Shown here piece by piece: positions 62,982-64,000 of a stretch of 64,000 nucleotides of DNA. The DNA lies in NCBI GenBank assembly GCA_030295235.1, contig AP026155.1, positions 1 through 64,000 of the forward strand, read 5' to 3'. Within the stretch, counting starts at the first letter, position 1. Every line of letters starts with the position of its first letter. The stretch is from Fistulifera solaris (lineage: Eukaryota). The translations under genes were made by a program, and so were the position numbers. The notes under the pieces are model-generated. The model saw only the letters and a program-made list of their open reading frames with translations. It searched no databases and was not told where the DNA came from.

Positions 62982-64000
62982 CTATTCTTTCGCATCAGTT
63001 GAGGACGAATGCGTGAGTTGATACTGCCGCAAGGCAAAGTAACTGGTCGCCGACAAAAGCATCGCTGCTGACGATTGCATGGCAACAAGATTTCCTGTAA
63101 GATCCGCCAAAATACCAGTCATACTGGCTCCAACGAGGAATCCAACATCCCCACCCGTGCGAAGCATCGCAATGGCTTGAGCACGATGAGACGGTTTCAC
63201 TATATCACTGGTATAAGAGACTGGAGCCGTACTGAGCATACTGCTGCCAGCGGCCCATAAGGCCAAACATGGAGCCAATGTCGTCACATGTGTGAGTTGG
63301 TAGGGTAACGCCATCATGGCGGTACTGATCAATGTACAGCCAACTACCATGGCGGGTACTTTCCCAAATCGATCCGCACCGCTGGCGAAAATGGGGTTGC
63401 CCACGATTTGAATCATGGACATGCCCATGTACACTTGCCCCACCTGAAACGCGGATAAATTCATTTGTTCCGTCAACACAAGAGGCAATAAAGTCATTTG
63501 GGAACCTGCTAAACTGATCCAGTACGCCATGTTCATGAAAAGGACCGTTCGAAGTCTCGAATCTTGAAACAAGGGCCACCATTGTCCAAGCGCATTCTGT
63601 ACTTCAATAGAGATCGATGGTGATGTCTTGGTGGTAGTCGTTATGTTTGCTGTTGCTGCTGAGAGCAGAGATTTTTCTTCGAATTTCGGCAGCGTTTCTT
63701 TTAACAGAAAACGATTCAGCGTCGCTACACCCACATAGGAACATGCGACTGTCGCGAACGTCGCTTGCAATCCAGCAGCATCCACCATGTAACCGCCCAA
63801 GGCCGGTCCTAGTGCCGTCCCGGCCGCAAACGCACTCATAATCGGCGCCAGAGTACTAGCTCGATTGAGTGGTGTACTGTTGTCCGTGATCATCAATGTC
63901 CCCGCAGTACTCAACGCCGCCACCCCCAAGCCGGTGAACAAACGACACAAATACAATTGTTCGAAATTGGCCGCCCATCCCATACCACCAACAGCCACAG
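62982..64000 (-). CDS. Major facilitator superfamily transporter (5' end outside window)
   Basis: LCRLFTGLG, GTALGPALGG and ADRFGK motifs with multiple TM helices. Confidence 0.9.
   Translation of the reverse strand, partial: VAVGGMGWAANFEQLYLCRLFTGLGVAALSTAGTLMITDNSTPLNRASTLAPIMSAFAAGTALGPALGGYMVDAAGLQATFATVACSYVGVATLNRFLLKETLPKFEEKSLLSAATANITTTTKTSPSISIEVQNALGQWWPLFQDSRLRTVLFMNMAYWISLAGSQMTLLPLVLTEQMNLSAFQVGQVYMGMSMIQIVGNPIFASGADRFGKVPAMVVGCTLISTAMMALPYQLTHVTTLAPCLALWAAGSSMLSTAPVSYTSDIVKPSHRAQAIAMLRTGGDVGFLVGASMTGILADLTGNLVAMQSSAAMLLSATSYFALRQYQLTHSSSTDAKE

Noticed and set aside
1..64000. CRISPR arrays, rRNA or tRNA genes
   Set aside because: No repeat-spacer array or recognisable structural RNA was seen by eye; a covariance-model scan was not possible.

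Overview
This is the left end of a eukaryotic chromosome: (CCCTAA)n telomere at 1-380, a short pyrimidine-rich subtelomere, then compact, intron-poor genes. Bipartite 'signal + AF' plastid-targeting N-termini and several gene families point to a diatom (inference). The outstanding feature is a ~5.09 kb terminal-inverted-repeat DNA transposon present as a head-to-tail dimer (7272-12358 and 12366-17450), in the arrangement TSD-element-TSD-element-TSD (AAAATTTT). Its single ~1500-aa reconstructed protein is a Mutator-like D..D..DxxH..E transposase with an N-terminal Cys-rich domain. An intact DEDDy (WRN/RNase D-like) 3'-5' exonuclease is inserted inside the catalytic core. The rest of the window holds a divergent MscS pair, APE1/DUF2854, an M43 protease, three related kinases, RRP7, a dynamic cluster of RVxF-motif genes (a 555-bp homogenised tract and an exact 1601-bp tandem duplication), a 7TM receptor, a secreted double-SET protein, DnaJ, SRP72, PRMT, COQ4, a TPR protein, a P-type ATPase and a partial MFS transporter. 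Many single-base homopolymer frameshifts, including in conserved housekeeping genes, suggest long-read assembly errors rather than true pseudogenes.
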